From: Bdellovibrionales bacterium
GTDB lineage: Bacteria > Bdellovibrionota > Bdellovibrionia > Bdellovibrionales > UBA1609
Length of the DNA stretch: 64,000 nucleotides
Assembly (NCBI GenBank): GCA_028819545.1
Contig: JAPPLG010000019.1
Coordinates: forward strand, 2,494-66,493
Direction: 5' to 3'
Shown here: positions 32,033 to 43,360 of the stretch, one piece after another
Layout: each line of letters begins with the position of its first letter
How positions within the stretch are numbered: the first letter of the stretch is position 1
Notes under the pieces: model-generated
What the model was told of the DNA's origin: nothing
Seen by the model: the letters and a program-made list of their open reading frames with translations, nothing else
Database searches by the model: none
Position numbers and translations under genes: made by a program

Positions 32033-32824
32033 ATGGCACATATTATTTCTATTACAAATCAAAAAGGGGGGGTTGGAAAGACCACAAGCTCTATTTCACT
32101 CAGCACTGCTTTGGCTAAAAGTGGAGTTGATGTCCTACTCATTGACGCGGACTCCCAGTTTAATACAACAAGTGGTTTAAATGCTCAAAATAACAGAACT
32201 TTTTATGATTTTCTTTGGTCTGAAGGCCCAGACTTTAGTTCTTATGTTCAGGCTACAAAATACCCCACATTATCTCTCATAGGGGCAGATCCTCGCTTAT
32301 CAGGTTTGGAGTTTGAGTGGTCAGGCTTGGATCAAAATAAGCATATTTTAAAGAGAAAAATGGAGCTGATTGAAAAAAATTATGATTTTATTTTTATTGA
32401 TTGTCCTCCAAGTTTAGGTTTGCTGACAGTTAATGCTCTTGTGGCTTCCAAATTTTTTATTGTACCTCTTCAATGTGAATATTACGCCCTGGAAGGGTTA
32501 AGCCTGCTTTTAAATACAGCATGCACTATTAAAGAAAATTTAAATCCGGATTTAACTTTACAAGGAATTTTACTGACAATGTTTGATTCCAGAAATACTT
32601 TAAGCCATAAAGTTGTTGAGCAGGTTCGTCTTCATTTTAAAAATAAAGTTTTTCAGACTGTTATTCCAAGAAATGTACGTTTAAGTGAAGCTCCAAGCCA
32701 TGGAATTCCCATCTCAGATTATGCCCCTGATTCGTCTGGAGCTTTGGCTTATAACAAATTGGCTGAGGAGCTGATAGAAAGATTGAATTTCAAGAAAGCT
32801 TTTAAGGAAAATGTTTTACAATAA
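32033..32824 (+). CDS. parA: chromosome partitioning ATPase ParA/Soj
   Basis: MAHIISITNQKGGVGKTT deviant Walker A; IFIDCPPSLG. Start moved to 32033 because the ORF-track extension (31940) consists of the parS palindromes. Confidence 0.93.
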   Translation: MAHIISITNQKGGVGKTTSSISLSTALAKSGVDVLLIDADSQFNTTSGLNAQNNRTFYDFLWSEGPDFSSYVQATKYPTLSLIGADPRLSGLEFEWSGLDQNKHILKRKMELIEKNYDFIFIDCPPSLGLLTVNALVASKFFIVPLQCEYYALEGLSLLLNTACTIKENLNPDLTLQGILLTMFDSRNTLSHKVVEQVRLHFKNKVFQTVIPRNVRLSEAPSHGIPISDYAPDSSGALAYNKLAEELIERLNFKKAFKENVLQ

Positions 32825-32838
32825 AAGGAGGGGGGTCT

Positions 32839-33690
32839 GTGTCTCCAGATAGAGAAGTTTTAGGAAGAGGGTTGGATCAGTTGCTGGGAAGAACAGAGCC
32901 GACTGCATCCGGTTCTTTGGAAAATAAAGTATTACAAGTTGCTATTGAACGTATTCACCCGGATACAAAACAACCCCGCAGATTTTTTGATGAGGCCTCT
33001 TTAAATAGCCTTGCTGTTTCTATTAAAGAACAAGGTCTTCTTCAGCCTATTCTTGTTTCTAAAGAGAAAGACGGAACTTATAAGATTATTGCTGGGGAGA
33101 GAAGATGGAGGGCTGTGCAAAAGCTGGGTTGGTCTCGAATACCTGTTCTTTTAAAAAGTAAAACAAAACAAGCGGATCAAAAAATGGTGTTGGCTTTAGT
33201 TGAAAACTTACAAAGGCAGGATTTGAACCCTATTGAAGAGGCCTATGCTTTTCGCTTTCTTTTGGAAGAAAACAACTGGTCTCAACAAAAGCTGGCGGAA
33301 ACAATGGGAAGAGACCGCACTTCTATTACAAATACCCTAAGACTTTTAAATTTGCATTCAGATGTGCAAAAACTGCTTTCAAAAAACAAAATTTCTTTAA
33401 GTATTGCCAAGCTTCTGCTTCAGGAAAAGTCTTTGGATAAACAAGCTATATGGGCTAAAAAAGCAGTCCAGGCCGGACTGACAGTGCGTGATTTGGAGAA
33501 AAAACTGAAAACTTCTGCTTTAAAAAATAAAGAACTTATCGAAACTCCTTACTGGCTGAGGGAGGCTTGCTCTATTCTTTCTAAAAAGTGGGGTGTTCTG
33601 GTTCAGGCACATAGATCTAAAAGTCATACTAAAATTGTGTTATCTTTTCGAAAAGATGAAGATTTAAAGGAGTTTGTAGATCGTGTCTGA
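32839..33690 (+). CDS. parB: chromosome partitioning protein ParB/Spo0J
   Basis: GTG start. LGRGLDQLLG, PDTKQPRRFFDE, LLQPILV and IIAGERRWRA (arginine patch). Confidence 0.93.
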   Translation: MSPDREVLGRGLDQLLGRTEPTASGSLENKVLQVAIERIHPDTKQPRRFFDEASLNSLAVSIKEQGLLQPILVSKEKDGTYKIIAGERRWRAVQKLGWSRIPVLLKSKTKQADQKMVLALVENLQRQDLNPIEEAYAFRFLLEENNWSQQKLAETMGRDRTSITNTLRLLNLHSDVQKLLSKNKISLSIAKLLLQEKSLDKQAIWAKKAVQAGLTVRDLEKKLKTSALKNKELIETPYWLREACSILSKKWGVLVQAHRSKSHTKIVLSFRKDEDLKEFVDRV

Positions 33691-34018
33691 TGATGTACGC
33701 GCTATTTTAGACCAGGGAACTTCGTTTCAGGGTCAGCTTAGTTTTGATGGAGTGGTTCGTGTGGCAGGAGAGCTTGAAGGAGAGGTTCAAAGTCCGACAG
33801 GCACTTTGATCATTGAATCAGAGGGAAAAGTGAAAGCTAAAGTTCATGTGCAGAACTTAATATTGCATGGTTTTTTGGAAGGTGAGGTCAAAGCTTCTGA
33901 ACAAGTGCGGATGCATCCTCCAGCTCATTTTATAGGAACAGTGGAGAGCCCTTCTTTAAAGATTGATGAAGGGGTTATTTTTGAAGGGTCCAGTCTGCAT
34001 TCCAAAAAGAGTTCTTGA
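33683..34018 (+). CDS. bactofilin (polymer-forming cytoskeletal protein, DUF583)
   Basis: 111 aa. The repetitive beta-helix pattern G..F.G.L.F.G.V.V.G.LEGEV....G.L.I...G.V.A.V.V..L...G...G.V is typical of bactofilins. Overlaps the parB stop (8 nt) and the next gene's start. Confidence 0.85.
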   Translation: MSDDVRAILDQGTSFQGQLSFDGVVRVAGELEGEVQSPTGTLIIESEGKVKAKVHVQNLILHGFLEGEVKASEQVRMHPPAHFIGTVESPSLKIDEGVIFEGSSLHSKKSS

Positions 34019-34494
34019 CGAAACTTAAAAATTTAAACAAAAAAAGATTTATGGAAACTCTTAATTCTGTCATACAAGTCTTACAGTTAAATGAGACTTT
34101 TTTTATATATTTAATCGTATTTTTTGTGTTTATGCTGTCTGTGGCCCATTTTCTTTTAAAACCTTATTATGAGAAGTTTGAGGCTAGAGAAAAGCAAACA
34201 AAAGGACGTGTTCTGCTTTCCACTCAACTTCAAAAAGAAGAAGAGCACTTGAATCAGGAGTATGAAAAAAAACTGGTGGCTTTTCATCAAAAATTTCAAA
34301 AAGAACTAAATGAAAAAAAGAATCAAATCTTAAAAACACATCAGGTGCAAATGGACCAAACACGAAAAGAAGCTCAAGATAAAATTAATACTGCATTAGA
34401 ATCTTTTCAAAAAGAACTGGCTAAAGCTGAAGAAGAGCTTGGAAGAGAAGCTCCACAATTGGCAAAACAATTAAAACTTAAATTGATTCAATAA
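34015..34494 (+). CDS. atpF2: F0F1 ATP synthase subunit b' (second b-type subunit)
   Basis: One N-terminal TM helix followed by a long charged coiled coil. Lies upstream of a second b-type gene. The start is uncertain (TTG 34015 or ATG 34051). Confidence 0.7.
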   Translation: MTKLKNLNKKRFMETLNSVIQVLQLNETFFIYLIVFFVFMLSVAHFLLKPYYEKFEAREKQTKGRVLLSTQLQKEEEHLNQEYEKKLVAFHQKFQKELNEKKNQILKTHQVQMDQTRKEAQDKINTALESFQKELAKAEEELGREAPQLAKQLKLKLIQ

Positions 34495-34511
34495 GAAAGG
34501 CTGAGTTCATC

Positions 34512-35039
34512 GTGTTTCCTTTTATTGGTATTTTATTAGTGATATTCCTTACAGCATTTTCTTCAGCGGCGGCTGGAGAAGGGATTCCTGTATCTTTTGT
34601 TCTTTTTCAAGCTCTGAATTTTCTTATTTTTGCGGGTATTGTTGTTTATATCTTCTCGAAACAGGCTCCTAAATTTGTCCTCCGTAAATATGAGGATTAT
34701 ATTTCTATGAAGAATCGGGCAGATGATTTATATCAGCAGACTAAGAAAAATATAGAAGAAACTAAAAAGAAGTTATCTCAGATTAAAGACAAAGAAATGC
34801 GTTTTGATGAGGAACTGAAGTTGGAGTTGGAAAAAATGGAAGTTAAGCTGAATCAGGATTTAAAGGAACAGCAAAACTCTATTTTAAGAATGGCGCAAAA
34901 CTTCATTGATCAGGAGTTAATAAGAATAAAAGCCAATTTAAAAAATAGGTTCTTAAGCCAAGTGGAAGCTTTGTGTCGAGACGGCTTAAAAAATGAAGAG
35001 CAAAAAAATGACTTATTTGCTCAAAAACTTAAGGGGTAA
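34512..35039 (+). CDS. atpF: F0F1 ATP synthase subunit b
   Basis: GTG start. 175 aa with a TM helix plus a coiled coil. Position before atpH. Confidence 0.8.
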   Translation: MFPFIGILLVIFLTAFSSAAAGEGIPVSFVLFQALNFLIFAGIVVYIFSKQAPKFVLRKYEDYISMKNRADDLYQQTKKNIEETKKKLSQIKDKEMRFDEELKLELEKMEVKLNQDLKEQQNSILRMAQNFIDQELIRIKANLKNRFLSQVEALCRDGLKNEEQKNDLFAQKLKG

Positions 35040-35042
35040 GGC

Positions 35043-35552
35043 ATGCATTCTGTTGGGGATCTTTACGCAAAGACATTATTTGAGCTGGAAGCTGAAGGAG
35101 CTTTGCAGATTTGTGAGCTCAAGAAAGCTTTGAGTGCAGAGGATTTATCCTTTTTTTGTTCTTCTTTAATCCCTGTATCTGACAAGTTTAAGGTGCTGGA
35201 TCAAATTCCTTTTTCAGAGAATGTACTTCGTTTTTTACACCGATTGACTTTAAACAACAGATGGTCTTATTTTGGTCAAATTTGTGAGAGTGTAGAAAAG
35301 CTGGTGGATGAAAAACAGGGAGTTGTTAGAGGTGTTATCTATACAGCAAAGCCTTTATTAGAGGGGGATAAAAAGACTGTTGAAGCTTCTGTTCAAAAAT
35401 TTTTCAAAAATCGAAAAGTTTTACTGAAAGTTCAACAAAAAGAAGATTTAATTAATGGTCTTCGAGTGGAAGTTGGAGGTATGAGTTTTGATGACTCTAT
35501 TTTACATCATTTACAACATTTTAAAGCACAGGTGAGGAAGTATGAAAACTAG
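35043..35552 (+). CDS. atpH: F0F1 ATP synthase subunit delta (OSCP)
   Basis: 169 aa. Position between b and alpha. [10 protein letters not shown]-terminus and C-terminal G(L/G)[13 protein letters not shown], typical of delta. Confidence 0.8.
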   Translation: MHSVGDLYAKTLFELEAEGALQICELKKALSAEDLSFFCSSLIPVSDKFKVLDQIPFSENVLRFLHRLTLNNRWSYFGQICESVEKLVDEKQGVVRGVIYTAKPLLEGDKKTVEASVQKFFKNRKVLLKVQQKEDLINGLRVEVGGMSFDDSILHHLQHFKAQVRKYEN

Positions 35553-37068
35553 TGGAATTCGGGCTGATGAAATCAGTCGTATTTTAAAACAAAGCATTCA
35601 AAATTACTCTAAGGATGTCTCTATCAATGAAGAAGGGCAGGTTTTAAGTGTAGGAGACGGTGTTTGCAAGATTCATGGATTGAAAAATGCAATGGCTTCT
35701 GAAATTTTAAAATTTTCAGACTCTCTTTACGCATTGGTTTTTAATTTAGAGGAGGAAAGTGTAGGGGCTGTTTTATTAGGTTCGGACGCAGAAGTTCGGG
35801 AAGGCTCCCCTGTTCAAAGAACAAAGAAAGTCTTTGAAGTTCCTGTTGGAGAGTCTTTGCTTGGAAGAGTCGTGGATGTTCTGGGAAATCCTATAGACGG
35901 CTTGGGAGCCATCTCTGCTCAGAAAACCCAACCTGTAGAAACCAAAGCTCCTGGGATTGTTCAAAGACAGGAAGTCTCTGAGCCTTTACAGACAGGCGTC
36001 AAAGTGATTGATGCCTTAATTCCTATTGGAAGAGGGCAAAGGGAATTGATTATTGGAGATCGGCAAACAGGTAAAACCACTTTGGCTATTGATACGATAC
36101 TGAATCAAAAAAATGAAGATGTGAAATGCGTGTATGTAGCTATCGGACAAAAAAGATCCACTTTAGCAGGAGTGGTGGAAAGGCTTCGTAAAGCAGATGC
36201 TCTTCGCTATACAACCATTGTGGCGGCTACAGCTTCAGATCCAGCTCCTCTTCAATACCTGGCTCCTTATACTGGTGTAACCATAGCTGAATATTTCAGA
36301 GATAAAGGGGAACATGCTTTAATTATTTATGATGATTTGACTAAGCAGGCTCAGGCTTATCGTCAGTTGTCGCTTCTTCTCAGAAGACCTCCAGGTCGGG
36401 AAGCTTTTCCAGGAGATGTTTTTTATCTGCATTCCAGACTTCTTGAAAGAGCGGCCAAGATGAGTAAAGAACAAGGGGGAGGCTCTTTAACAGCTTTGCC
36501 TATTATTGAGACTCAGGCAGGGGATATTTCTGCTTATATTCCAACAAATGTTATCTCCATTACAGACGGTCAGATTTTTTTAGAGACAGACTTGTTTTAT
36601 AAAGGGGTTCGTCCAGCTTTAAATATTGGAAAATCTGTTTCTCGTGTTGGAGGGAAAGCTCAAATTAAAGCTATCAGACAGGTTGCAGGTTCTTTAAAGT
36701 TGGAGCTTGCTCAGTTTCGTGGCTTGGAAGCTTTTGCGGCTTTTGCTTCTGACTTGGATGAGGCTTCTCAAAAACAATTAGCTCGGGGAAGACGGTTAGT
36801 GGAAGTTCTTAAGCAGGGAGTGGGAGAGCCTCAGGATGTGGAAAAACAGGTTGCCATTATTTTTGCCGCCTCTGAAGGTTTCTTGGATTCTATTGCAGAA
36901 GATAAGATTGGACAGTTTGAAAAAGAGTACCATGAGTTTTTATCCAGTCAGCACAAAGATATTTTAGGATCTATAAAAAAAGAGAAGAAAATTACAGATG
37001 AAACCCGCCAAAAACTTCTTCAAGCTTTAGAAGAATTTAAAGTCGTTTTTAGTAAAAAAGGAGTTTGA
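35542..37068 (+). CDS. atpA: F0F1 ATP synthase subunit alpha
   Basis: 508 aa with Walker [10 protein letters not shown], plus [42 protein letters not shown]. Confidence 0.97.
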   Translation: MKTSGIRADEISRILKQSIQNYSKDVSINEEGQVLSVGDGVCKIHGLKNAMASEILKFSDSLYALVFNLEEESVGAVLLGSDAEVREGSPVQRTKKVFEVPVGESLLGRVVDVLGNPIDGLGAISAQKTQPVETKAPGIVQRQEVSEPLQTGVKVIDALIPIGRGQRELIIGDRQTGKTTLAIDTILNQKNEDVKCVYVAIGQKRSTLAGVVERLRKADALRYTTIVAATASDPAPLQYLAPYTGVTIAEYFRDKGEHALIIYDDLTKQAQAYRQLSLLLRRPPGREAFPGDVFYLHSRLLERAAKMSKEQGGGSLTALPIIETQAGDISAYIPTNVISITDGQIFLETDLFYKGVRPALNIGKSVSRVGGKAQIKAIRQVAGSLKLELAQFRGLEAFAAFASDLDEASQKQLARGRRLVEVLKQGVGEPQDVEKQVAIIFAASEGFLDSIAEDKIGQFEKEYHEFLSSQHKDILGSIKKEKKITDETRQKLLQALEEFKVVFSKKGV

Positions 37069-37071
37069 GGC

Positions 37072-37935
37072 TTGAGTCAGCTAAAAGAAATCCAATCTCG
37101 CATTCAGGGTGTTAAAAACACCAAACAAATGACTCGTGCTATGAAAATGATTTCAGCAGTGAAACTGCGAAAAGCTCAGGAAAGAATATTGAATTTAAGA
37201 GCCTATGCAGACGGCATATTATCCACTATGGCAGATGTGGCTTTAAGTTATCAGGTGGAGCATCCTCTACTCAACCCGAAAACAGAAAGCACAAAACTTC
37301 TTCTGGTTGTGCTTGCCAGTGATCGGGGGCTTTGCGGCAGTTTTAACTATAATGTTTGCAAAAAAGCGGAAGCACTTTTGAAAGATAATGAGCATCAGGA
37401 TTATTTTATTATAGGAAAAAAGGCTGTTGATTATTTTAAATTTAGAAAGTTTAAACCTATAGATGAAATTTCCGGATTGGACCGGGAGGTTTCTTTTCCT
37501 TTAGCGGCCAGAGTGGCTCAATTCCTGATGGATTCTTTTACTAAGGGAAATTATGATCAAATTTCTCTTATTTATCAAACTTTTTATTCAGCAGTTTCTC
37601 AGAAAGTTAAGTTAGAGTCTTTTTTACCTATTGATTTAACTCAAACTTCCTGGGAAGGGTCTTCTTTTTCCAAAGATTTTATTTTTGAAACTTCTCCTCA
37701 AAAATTGGTGGAAAATCTTATTCAAAAACATTTTGCAACTCAAATTTATAGAGCCATGTGCGAAAGTTTGGCTTCAGAACATGGAGCCCGCATGTATTCT
37801 ATGGAGAATGCGGTAAAAAATGCTACGGATATTGAAAAGCAATTACAGTTACAATTTAATAAAATTAGACAAAGCTCTATTACTACAGAACTCATAGAAG
37901 TCTCTAGTGGTGTGGAAGCAATGAGTGCATCTTGA
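37072..37935 (+). CDS. atpG: F0F1 ATP synthase subunit gamma
   Basis: TTG start. LKEIQSRIQGVKNTKQMTRAMKMISAVKLRKAQ N-terminus and C-terminal QSSITTELIEV. Confidence 0.93.
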   Translation: MSQLKEIQSRIQGVKNTKQMTRAMKMISAVKLRKAQERILNLRAYADGILSTMADVALSYQVEHPLLNPKTESTKLLLVVLASDRGLCGSFNYNVCKKAEALLKDNEHQDYFIIGKKAVDYFKFRKFKPIDEISGLDREVSFPLAARVAQFLMDSFTKGNYDQISLIYQTFYSAVSQKVKLESFLPIDLTQTSWEGSSFSKDFIFETSPQKLVENLIQKHFATQIYRAMCESLASEHGARMYSMENAVKNATDIEKQLQLQFNKIRQSSITTELIEVSSGVEAMSAS

Positions 37936-37938
37936 TAA

Positions 37939-39336
<1,398 letters not shown>

Positions 39337-39346
39337 AGAGTGTGTT

Positions 39347-39754
39347 ATGAATGATTTTCTATTTACTTTTGTCACTCCTGAAAAAGAAATTGCAAAGCAA
39401 ATAAAAGTAAAAGAAATTTTATGTCCTTCAGAAACAGGTGAATTGAACATTCTGCCCCAGCATGCACCATTAATTGCTCTTTTAAAGCCGGGGGTTCTTT
39501 CTTACAAGATTTCCAGCAAGTGGGAAAAGTTTGCAGTCAGTTGGGGGTATTTGGAAGTACACCCTAAGGGAGTGAGAGTGTTGGCAGAGACTGCAGAAAC
39601 AGGAGTGGAAATCTCAAAATTAAAATCAGAGAAAAAAATTGAAGAACTATCTAACAAGCTAAAAGACCCTCTTTTGACTGAAGAACAAATTCGGGAAATA
39701 AAAAAACAAATTGAAAAAGAAGAAGTCCGTATTCGTCTTTCTAACTCAAATTAA
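39347..39754 (+). CDS. atpC: F0F1 ATP synthase subunit epsilon
   Basis: 135 aa. Position after beta. GELNILPQHAPLIALLKPGVL motif. Confidence 0.9.
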   Translation: MNDFLFTFVTPEKEIAKQIKVKEILCPSETGELNILPQHAPLIALLKPGVLSYKISSKWEKFAVSWGYLEVHPKGVRVLAETAETGVEISKLKSEKKIEELSNKLKDPLLTEEQIREIKKQIEKEEVRIRLSNSN

Positions 39755-39768
39755 TTTTTAGTACATTA

Positions 39769-39984
39769 TCAGAGATTAATGAGTTGTTGGCAGTCTAATT
39801 CTTCTTTTATATTGTCAATGGCTTGGACTTCACAATTCATGATTTGTCTCTGTTCGATTATATGCATACCTCTCTTAACAGAACCACATTGATTTCCTAT
39901 CTCCAGTAAGGAGGGTTGAACTTCTGATGGAGGGTGCATTATATCAACAAATCCACCACCAGAACTAAAACATGAACGCATCAT
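39769..39984 (-). CDS. hypothetical small protein (71 aa)
   Basis: ORF only. It sits 23 nt downstream of the 135-aa secreted protein on the same strand. No recognisable motif. Confidence 0.3.
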   Translation of the reverse strand: MMRSCFSSGGGFVDIMHPPSEVQPSLLEIGNQCGSVKRGMHIIEQRQIMNCEVQAIDNIKEELDCQQLINL

Positions 39985-40007
39985 TTCAACAGTAGAAAAA
40001 TGTTCGC

Positions 40008-40415
40008 TTATTTATTCCCATATCCACATTGACTTTCTTTCAACTCTTCAATGAAAAGTTGAATTTCTGATGGAATGTTATTTATATCAATGGTTTCAAG
40101 AAGCACTTCCAATTTTTCATAAGTATCAAAATGTTCTATCACTTTTTCCTCAAAACATAACATATAATCTCTCTCTTTCCATATAGCTTTCTGATCTGCA
40201 TAACTTGGTCTACAAATTACATGCACAGGCTGTCCCAGTTTGTCGTAGAAAAATTGTGGGTGTAAAGGATAAGGGCAAGTTTCCTCTTCTGTGGATATCT
40301 CATCTGTTGGTGTCGCGGGCTCGGTTTCTGTAAACTCATCTCTATCTAAACCATAAGCTGTTAGACTCATTAATAGCAGTAATAGAAAGTAGCTGTTTAT
40401 TAAATATTTCATCAT
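40008..40415 (-). CDS. hypothetical secreted protein (135 aa)
   Basis: Signal peptide MMKYLINSYFLLLLLMSLTAYG. Acidic mature N-terminus and 4 Cys. Confidence 0.5.
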   Translation of the reverse strand: MMKYLINSYFLLLLLMSLTAYGLDRDEFTETEPATPTDEISTEEETCPYPLHPQFFYDKLGQPVHVICRPSYADQKAIWKERDYMLCFEEKVIEHFDTYEKLEVLLETIDINNIPSEIQLFIEELKESQCGYGNK

Positions 40416-40645
40416 AACTTCCTTTTTATATTTGTAAGATGGATATACATTTATTTATTTTATTTGTATAGGTGGGTGTGTAATATTTACAATCAAAAGA
40501 AGCTTTTTTAAAGTGGACAAATCTTTTTGTTGAGAATGTGTTAAAATGTAAGGCTTCCTTTTAGTTAGATAGTTTTATATTTCTATTCTCCACTCTTCTG
40601 GGAAGCTGACTCCACATAACTCATATTGTTTCCCCTCAAGTAGAA

Positions 40646-43288
40646 TTAATTCAAGTCTATTAAATATCCTATTTTATAGAGACAATCAAGAGTTTTTTGT
40701 CTTAATCCTTCTCTTGAAAAAGATTTCTTAAGTGCTCCCTTAGCAAAGTGCGGAGGCCCCCCTCCTTTTCCTCCAAGATTTTTAATAATATCCTGAGCTT
40801 TGATTTTTTCTGATATTTCTTTAGGTAAGGCAACGACAATGGGTGTGGTGTTTACATTTTCACCAATAATTACTGTAATAGCCAATGGGTATTTCTTTTT
40901 TATTTGATCAGAAACTGCACTTAAAAATTCATGATCTGCTGAAGGATGAACAGCACAATGAAAAACTCCTTTTTTAGAGTTTAAAGTAAAACTTTCTAAG
41001 CTTAAAGAAGAGAGATCAATAGAAGAATTCTTCTTTAATTTTTTTGAATCTTTTATTTTTTGAACAGCTTCTAATAAACTTGAATCTTTTGAAGGAAGGC
41101 TAAGAGCTTTTCTGACTTTTATATTTTCTCTAACTAAATGATTCATAAAATTCAAAGCTCTTTTACCGCAAACAGCTTCGATACGCCGAACTCCTGAACT
41201 TAAAGAGCTTTCACTCATAATTTTTAAAAATAAAATGTCTTTTGTATTTTGTACATGTGTTCCCCCGCAAAGCTCATGTGAAAAGTCCCCCATCTTTAAA
41301 ACACGCACCTTATCCAAAGAAGGTTTTTCAAAAAAGCTTAAAGCACCATCTTTTAAAGCTTTGTCATATTTTTTGTAGGAAACTTCCACATCTTCAGCCT
41401 GATAAACTTGTTCATTAACAAGATCTTCCACTTGAACCAGTTCTTCTTCTGTTAAAGCTTTGTTATATGTAAAATCAAAGCGCAGACGTCTTGGTTCCAC
41501 TAAAGAACCTGCCTGTTTGGTTTGAGGTCCAAGGATTTTTCTTAAAGCAGAGTGGAGAAGATGTGTGGCTGAATGGTGGATGGCTGTTTGTTTTCGGTGT
41601 TCAGGTGAAACTTTTAATAAATAAGTGTGACCTGTTTTTAGTTCCCCTTCTTTAAGGGATAAAGTATGAACATATTTATTTTGAATGTTTTGACAGTCTG
41701 TAATCTGAGCTATTGCAGTTTTTTTGCTTGAGGAAGAAACAAGGTCTCCTTTATCCCCTATCTGTCCGCCTCCTTCAGCATAAAAACAAGTTTGGTCAAA
41801 AACAGCTAAAGCTGTGCAGGGAGCTTTTAAATGAGAAACGGAGGAATTATTTTCATCAAACAAGCTTTGTATTTTAGAAGTGCTTTCCAGATGTTCATAA
41901 CCAATAAATTTCGTACCGGGAATATTTGATTTAATCACTAGCGCTTCTTTGTAAATAGAGGATTTTTGATTACCGGCAGATCCTGAAAATCCTGCTTTTT
42001 TGCTTCTCAATCGTGACTCCTGTAATTTTTGTTCAAAACCTGTTTGATCCACCTGAATACTTGCTTGTTTGCAAATCAATTGTACTAGGTCAAAAGGAAA
42101 TCCATAAGTATCATAAAGTTTGAATGAGGTGTCTCCAGATAAAACTTTTTTATTCTTTTTTTCAAGTTCAAACAATTCTTTTTCAAGAATTGATTTTCCT
42201 TGGGTTAAAGTATGGAAAAACTTTTCTTCCTCTATTTGTAAAGACTCTAATATGGTGTCTGTGTGCGAATGCAGTTCCGGATAGGCTGAAAAATAGTTTT
42301 TTATAACAGCTTCAGCAATATTTTTAAAAACAGGTTTTTGATCTGTTAAGGTGCTGGTCAGGTAAAGAGCCCGTCTTAAGATACGTCTTAAGACATAACC
42401 CCTTCCTTCGTTGGAAGGATAGACTCCATCACTTATTATAAACACTCCGGCACGAGTATGATCTGCAATAGCTCTTAATACAGCATTGGAGGTCTGCTCT
42501 TTTTTATCTGTTGTATTCTCTCTATAAGGGGTTTTGGTAATTTGACCGGCAGAATCTATAATAGGCAGGAATAAATCTGTATGATAATTTGATTTTTTAT
42601 TTTGTAGTATCATGGCAAGTCTTTCAAGACCCATGCCTGTGTCAATGCACTTAGTGGACAGAGCTGTTTTTTTCTTATTGGAATCTTCATTGTATTCCAT
42701 AAAAACCAGGTTCCACACTTCAACCATGGATTTGGAGCCGGAGCGAAAGGCTTCAAAGTCAAAATAAATTTCTGAACAAGGCCCGCAAGGCCCGCTGTCC
42801 CCCATTCTCCAAAAGTTATCCTCTTCTCCAAAAAGAAAAATTTTCTCTTTTGGCACATTTATTTTTTTATTCCAAATTTCGGCTGTCTCTTTATCTTTTT
42901 TAAAAACGCTTACGGCTAAATTTTCTTTTGGAATATTTAAGTTTTTTGTTAAAAAAGTCCACGCCAGGTCACAGGCCTCTTCTTTAAAATAATTTCCAAA
43001 TGAAAAATTACCCATCATTTCGAAAAAAGTATGATGGTAAGGAGAAGGGCCGACCTGCTCAAGATCGTTATGCTTGCCCCCAGCCCTTACACATTTTTGA
43101 ATAGTGGCTACTGATTTGTATTCTGTGGACTCTAATCCCAATAAAATATTTTTAAAAGGGTTCATGCCGGCATTAACAAAAAGCAGAGAAGGGTCATTGA
43201 AAGGGATTAGAGAAGCACTTTTAATCCAAGTGTGTTTTTGCTGATCAAAAAAATTTTTGAAATTTTTTCTGATTTCTACGTGTTTCAT
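40646..43288 (-). CDS. alaS: alanine--tRNA ligase
   Basis: 880 aa with HHTFFEMMGNFSFGNYFK, the editing-domain HHSATHLLH and the CGGTH zinc motif. Confidence 0.97.
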   Translation of the reverse strand: MKHVEIRKNFKNFFDQQKHTWIKSASLIPFNDPSLLFVNAGMNPFKNILLGLESTEYKSVATIQKCVRAGGKHNDLEQVGPSPYHHTFFEMMGNFSFGNYFKEEACDLAWTFLTKNLNIPKENLAVSVFKKDKETAEIWNKKINVPKEKIFLFGEEDNFWRMGDSGPCGPCSEIYFDFEAFRSGSKSMVEVWNLVFMEYNEDSNKKKTALSTKCIDTGMGLERLAMILQNKKSNYHTDLFLPIIDSAGQITKTPYRENTTDKKEQTSNAVLRAIADHTRAGVFIISDGVYPSNEGRGYVLRRILRRALYLTSTLTDQKPVFKNIAEAVIKNYFSAYPELHSHTDTILESLQIEEEKFFHTLTQGKSILEKELFELEKKNKKVLSGDTSFKLYDTYGFPFDLVQLICKQASIQVDQTGFEQKLQESRLRSKKAGFSGSAGNQKSSIYKEALVIKSNIPGTKFIGYEHLESTSKIQSLFDENNSSVSHLKAPCTALAVFDQTCFYAEGGGQIGDKGDLVSSSSKKTAIAQITDCQNIQNKYVHTLSLKEGELKTGHTYLLKVSPEHRKQTAIHHSATHLLHSALRKILGPQTKQAGSLVEPRRLRFDFTYNKALTEEELVQVEDLVNEQVYQAEDVEVSYKKYDKALKDGALSFFEKPSLDKVRVLKMGDFSHELCGGTHVQNTKDILFLKIMSESSLSSGVRRIEAVCGKRALNFMNHLVRENIKVRKALSLPSKDSSLLEAVQKIKDSKKLKKNSSIDLSSLSLESFTLNSKKGVFHCAVHPSADHEFLSAVSDQIKKKYPLAITVIIGENVNTTPIVVALPKEISEKIKAQDIIKNLGGKGGGPPHFAKGALKKSFSREGLRQKTLDCLYKIGYLIDLN

Positions 43289-43360
43289 AATGAAATAACA
43301 TTATCATGCAGTGATTCTATTGTGAAATAAGTTTTTGGATAGGAAAGAGAGTTTGTGGCT

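Noticed and set aside
32066-32072. G7 and C7 homopolymers in parA, yidC and dnaG as phase-variation switches
   Set aside because: They encode conserved Gly/Pro motifs in essential genes (e.g. KGGVGK), so frameshifting would be lethal. They reflect codon choice.
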